DNA from: Octopus bimaculoides
Lineage: Eukaryota
Assembly (NCBI RefSeq): GCF_001194135.2
Contig: NC_068997.1
Span: 39,555,337-39,594,457, forward strand
Reading direction: 5' to 3'
Length of the DNA stretch: 39,121 nucleotides
Shown: in pieces, positions 35,580 through 39,121 of the stretch
How positions within the stretch are numbered: position 1 is the first letter of the stretch
Layout: each line of letters starts with the position of its first letter
The notes under the pieces: model-generated
The model's input: only the letters and a program-made list of their open reading frames with translations
Told to the model about the DNA's origin: nothing
Database searches by the model: none
Made by a program: the position numbers and the translations under genes

Positions 35580-36446
35580 CGAGATGGTGTCAAAAAGTTC
35601 CCGGACTATTTCTGTAGCATGCTTACAGATGGCAGCAACATGGTTACATGGGCAATGAGTGATAGCAATCAGCTTCATGAGGCAGTATGCCGAGTGACAT
35701 CGCTGTGTTTACTTTGCAAGTCGTGAAATTTGTGTTTTTTTGTCCATGTGTATGTTGTAGTCTGGGATTTTTGTAATGAACAGCAAGTTAAAACAAATAG
35801 CCTACGTGAACTTTTGCATTAAACTTGGGAAGTTTGCTGCAGAGATATTGAGCATTCTTTGGCAAGCTTACGGTGACGAGGCAATGTTTCGAGTGACACG
35901 GGTGCTTCAAAAGCCGAAAAACATCCCTGGAAGACGATGAACGATCTGGAAGACCTTCCACGAACGTCATACCCGGAAATGTAGAGTAAATTCATCATCT
36001 TGTACATGAGGATCGCGGGAGGACAATCAATGACTGATGTTGTTGGTCTGTCGTATGGGTTCGAGCAGGCAATTCTAACGTCTGGATTCTTCACGACGAC
36101 AATGCACCCTGTCATCGAGCTCACCTCACTCATGAGTTTCTCGTTTCGGCACTCACCCTATTCGCCAGATATAGCACCTGCGGACTTACATCTCTTCCTT
36201 AAGATGAAAGTGCAGCTCAAATGTTGCTGTTTAACACCGTTGTCGCGATCCAGTGTGAATTGCTGAAGGTCCTCGACTCACGTACGGAGAACGACTTCCA
36301 GGCCGGATTCCAAAAGTGGCAGGAACTCTGAGATTGGTCTATTGCTGCGCAAAGTGACTATTTCGAAGGAGATGAGGTTAAACTTAAGCAAATAAGTTAT
36401 TTTCGGTTAAACATAACTAGTCCGGGAACTTTTTGATATCATCTCG
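35580..36446 (+). mobile_element. mariner-family transposon, internally deleted (867 bp), TIRs intact
   Basis: 29-bp TIRs cgagatggtgtcaaaaagttcccggacta and tagtccgggaactttttgatatcatctcg (2 mismatches), with TA at 35578-79 and 36447-48. From ATG 35776: MNSKLKQIAYVNFCIKLGK...EDDERSGRPST...; then LHDDNAPCH (36089-36115), HSPYSPDIAPADLHLF (YSPD 36159-70) and FQKWQEL*DWSIAAQSDYFEGD. The WVPxEL motif and first catalytic Asp are missing. Confidence 0.95.
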
Positions 36447-36669
36447 TAGTCCAAGAAGTTCTCTGCTACTGACGTGAAGCTGTTTCAGAAAATGCGAATG
36501 TAAATTATTATTGAACTTTAGCACAAACGCAGGACTTTAGATGGCAAATAATGAACCCGACATGATTGTACATGAACAAAAAAGTGAGAACAATCTATTA
36601 ATTATTGACATAGGAATTGCAAATAACAGTAATGTTATATGAATGAGATGATAATCTAAGGAATTACGC

Positions 36670-36834
36670 TGTTATATCTCAATCTACTGCTATCTAGCAC
36701 CTTCGGATGATCTCTACTCAACCGCTACACAACTGCTACTCGACTGCTACTCAACACTCCTACCACGGCCAGACTACCTCTATTTATATGTCTTGGGAGA
36801 TCCTACTTCTTCGCCTGGAGGCGTCGACACAACA
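36670..36834 (-). mobile_element. Putative very short solo LTR (165 bp)
   Basis: TGTT...AACA termini, flanked by tacgc (36665-69) and tacac (36835-39), a 5-bp TSD with one CpG-type change. TATAAATA lies on the minus strand at 36781-88. An 11-bp unit (ctactcaaccg-like) is repeated 4 times inside. Confidence 0.55.
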
Positions 36835-37144
36835 TACACTAACCAAGTTGTTGAAGTAAAAACAATCTCTTTTGTCCTAATTGTAACTGACACTATGGCA
36901 TGATACAATCATTGATAACTTGTCTATAAGTATAAATGCAGGCACATTCCGGGTAACCGTCATACAAGGATTTATAAACATTTTTATACAGTGTTAGTTA
37001 ACATTTAGCAATCTCATGAACCATGAACATCATGGCTAAACTTGAACACTTCTATTCATGTGCACTAATGTGTATTTAATTCTTGTTTCGAGGAAACATT
37101 AATAATGATAAATAATAACTGTTTCAAATTTTGGTGTCCAAAAG

Positions 37145-37923
37145 GGAATTTGAACTCACAACGTAAAGACAGGCGAAATACTGCTAAGCATTTTGTCCGG
37201 TGGGCTAAGGATCCTTCTAACTCGCCACTTTTATAATAATAATAATAATAATAATCCTTTCTACTAAAGACACAAGGCCTGAAATTTGGTGGGAGAGGAC
37301 TAGTCAATTACATCGACCCCAGTGTTTCACTGGTACTTAATTTATCGACCCCGAAATGATGAAAGGCAAAGTCGACCTCAGCGTAATTTGAACTCAGAAC
37401 GTAGCAACGAACGGACGAAATAGGGCTAAGCATTTTACCCAGTGTGCTAACGATTCTGCCAACTCACTGCCCAATGATAATAATTATTATTTCTACTCTA
37501 CGCACAAGGCCCTGAAACTTTTGGCGGTAAGGGGGTTAGTCGATTATATTGAACCCAGTGCGTAACTGGTACTTATTTCATCGACCCCGAAAGGATGAAA
37601 GACAAGGTCGACCTCGGCGGAATTGGAACTCAGAACGTAGCAGCAGACAAAATACCGCTAAGCATTCCGTCCGGCATGCTAACGATTCTGTCAGCTCGGC
37701 GCCTTAATGCTTAATAATAATAATGATAATAATAATAATAATAATAATGATGATGATCATGATGATGGTGGTAATAATAATAATAATTCCATTTATTTGT
37801 TACAAGGGTGAAAGTTGAAAGGCAAAGTCGAATTCGATGGAATTTGAGCTCAGAACCGAATGATGGGCGAAATACCGTTAAACATTTTGCCCGGCACACT
37901 AAAGATTCTGCCAGCTCGCTGCC
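37145..37923 (-). mobile_element. Head-to-tail train of four SINE family C copies (37145-37227 partial, 37233-37472, 37473-37703, 37712-37923)
   Basis: Each unit reads, on the minus strand, ggc.gc.agctggcagaatcgttagc (A-box-like)...ctgagttcaaatt.cgc (B box)...gaggtcgactttgcctttcatc.tttcggggtcgat.aa.taagtaccag...(TTA)n tail. Copy 1 retains only the head and copy 4 has a shortened body. Confidence 0.9.
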
Positions 37924-38140
37924 TTTATAATAATGATGATAATAATAATAACAAGAGCAATCAGATAACGCAAACCTCCATCAAGTCAACACCAACGTCC
38001 TCTGAACGATTAGCCGGAGATGATTATTAAAATGAGAGTAGCTGAAATAAACTCGATTGTGCTCAGAAACGAGAATACTAAAAATGAACCCGACCGCTCT
38101 CAAAAATTAAGTAAAAAAAATAAATAAATAAAAACAGGAA

Positions 38141-38321
38141 AAATAATCCAGAATCCTTGTCCGGTACCGGATCGATCCCAAAGTCTAATCAATTCGTGCC
38201 AGTCAGGAGACCAAACAATCCCGAAAATTTCACCCGAATCTATTACCAGTTTGTCCACGGACAAACAAGCAAACAAACACGACTGAAAACAAAACCTCCG
38301 CCTTCGGTAAGGCGGAGGTAA
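38141..38321 (+). mobile_element. Short non-autonomous element with a terminal GC-rich hairpin (Helitron/Helentron-like)
   Basis: Internal palindrome tccggtaccgga (38160-71), an (AAAC)n-like tract, and a perfect 11-bp stem acctccgcctt-cggt-aaggcggaggt (38294-38319) ending at an (AAT)n run. Classification is by resemblance only. Confidence 0.5.
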
Positions 38322-38540
38322 TAATAATGATGATGATAGTCTCAAATTTTGGTTTTTGGCGCGAAGGTGAGTAAATCTGAGGGAATAGTCGATTACATCA
38401 ACCACAGTGCTCAACTTTTCCTCTGATACTATCGAGCCGGTGGGGATGAAATAACAATCCTGTGATCTAGTTTTATTGACCGAACAGGAATGCAAGGCAA
38501 AGTTAATCTTGGCGGAATTTGGACTCAGAACGTAAGGGTT
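38322..38540 (-). mobile_element. Decayed SINE family C copy lacking the 5' end of the head
   Basis: (AAT/GAT)n tail, atagtcgattacatcaaccacagtg, and ggcaaagttaatcttggcggaatttggactcagaacgta. Confidence 0.7.
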
Positions 38541-38919
38541 TGAGTCATTTTGGTTAGTACAAAACAATGGAAACTGCAAACACAAAAAATAAAAAAAAAA
38601 GGAAGAAAAGTAGTAGAGCCATTACATCGATAATATTGCTTGGTAAAACAATAGCAATGACAGTTACGAAAACTCTTCAACACACGAAAAGTGATGGTAT
38701 TTTCTAAGCTTTCGCCATCAACTTTCAACTTAATTCACTCCACTAATTTTAGCACACTGATCACCCACTCACAAAAGAGTGAAGGGCTTCCTTGGTACGA
38801 TGAGCTGTCTGAAATCATCAAAACAGTAATAAAACAGAGAAAAAAATCTTCTTGATGATGAAAATGAATAAGTGAATATATTTTCATTTAATTTGAATAA
38901 TTTTTTATGCATAAAGATG

Positions 38920-38971
<52 letters not shown>

Positions 38972-39121
38972 GTCCGATGAACGGGAACGTGAAACTCAGA
39001 GTAACGGTTTTTTTGGTTATATTTCTGCTGCTTTTAAATAAAGCATATTACTCTACCTCTGGTATTTGAGTACTCTTTTTTCCACCTTGTTGCACATTTC
39101 ATGTGCTTACTCCGGTATATA

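Noticed and set aside
1050-39069. Long ORFs in the track rich in YIYI, CVCV, THTH, RERE, or X
   Set aside because: These are translations of dinucleotide microsatellites and N gaps, not proteins.
1-39121. CRISPR arrays, operons, rRNA or prokaryotic/viral systems
   Set aside because: No regularly spaced repeat-spacer units, gene-dense ORFs or rRNA-like sequence. The SINE train has variable unit lengths and Pol III boxes.

Overview
AT-rich, gapped animal genomic DNA with no confidently identifiable host gene. There are 11 N-runs totalling about 3.8 kb by my count, most bordered by (TA)n, (CA)n or (GA)n. The tRNA-derived SINE families and extreme microsatellite load suggest a coleoid cephalopod, probably Octopus; this is inferred from memory of the repeat families, not from a database search. 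Almost all ORFs in the supplied track are microsatellite or gap artefacts, or antisense to decayed transposons. Supportable content: (1) a decayed RTE-clade LINE at about 4540-5700; (2) at least two Penelope-like element (PLE) coding relics; (3) two hammerhead-ribozyme-like motifs in PLE-type terminal-repeat fragments at about 28.2 and 29.0 kb; (4) three Tc1/mariner-superfamily derivatives with TIRs and TA target-site duplications; (5) a 165-bp putative solo LTR; (6) three SINE families, one forming a head-to-tail train at 37.1-37.9 kb; (7) three long, high-identity local inverted repeats; (8) a few exon-like segments with strong splice signals but no recognisable product. The best leads are the hammerhead motifs with their nested element context and the locally generated long hairpins, which would be candidate ADAR or small-RNA substrates if transcribed. 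I found no new protein-based system.
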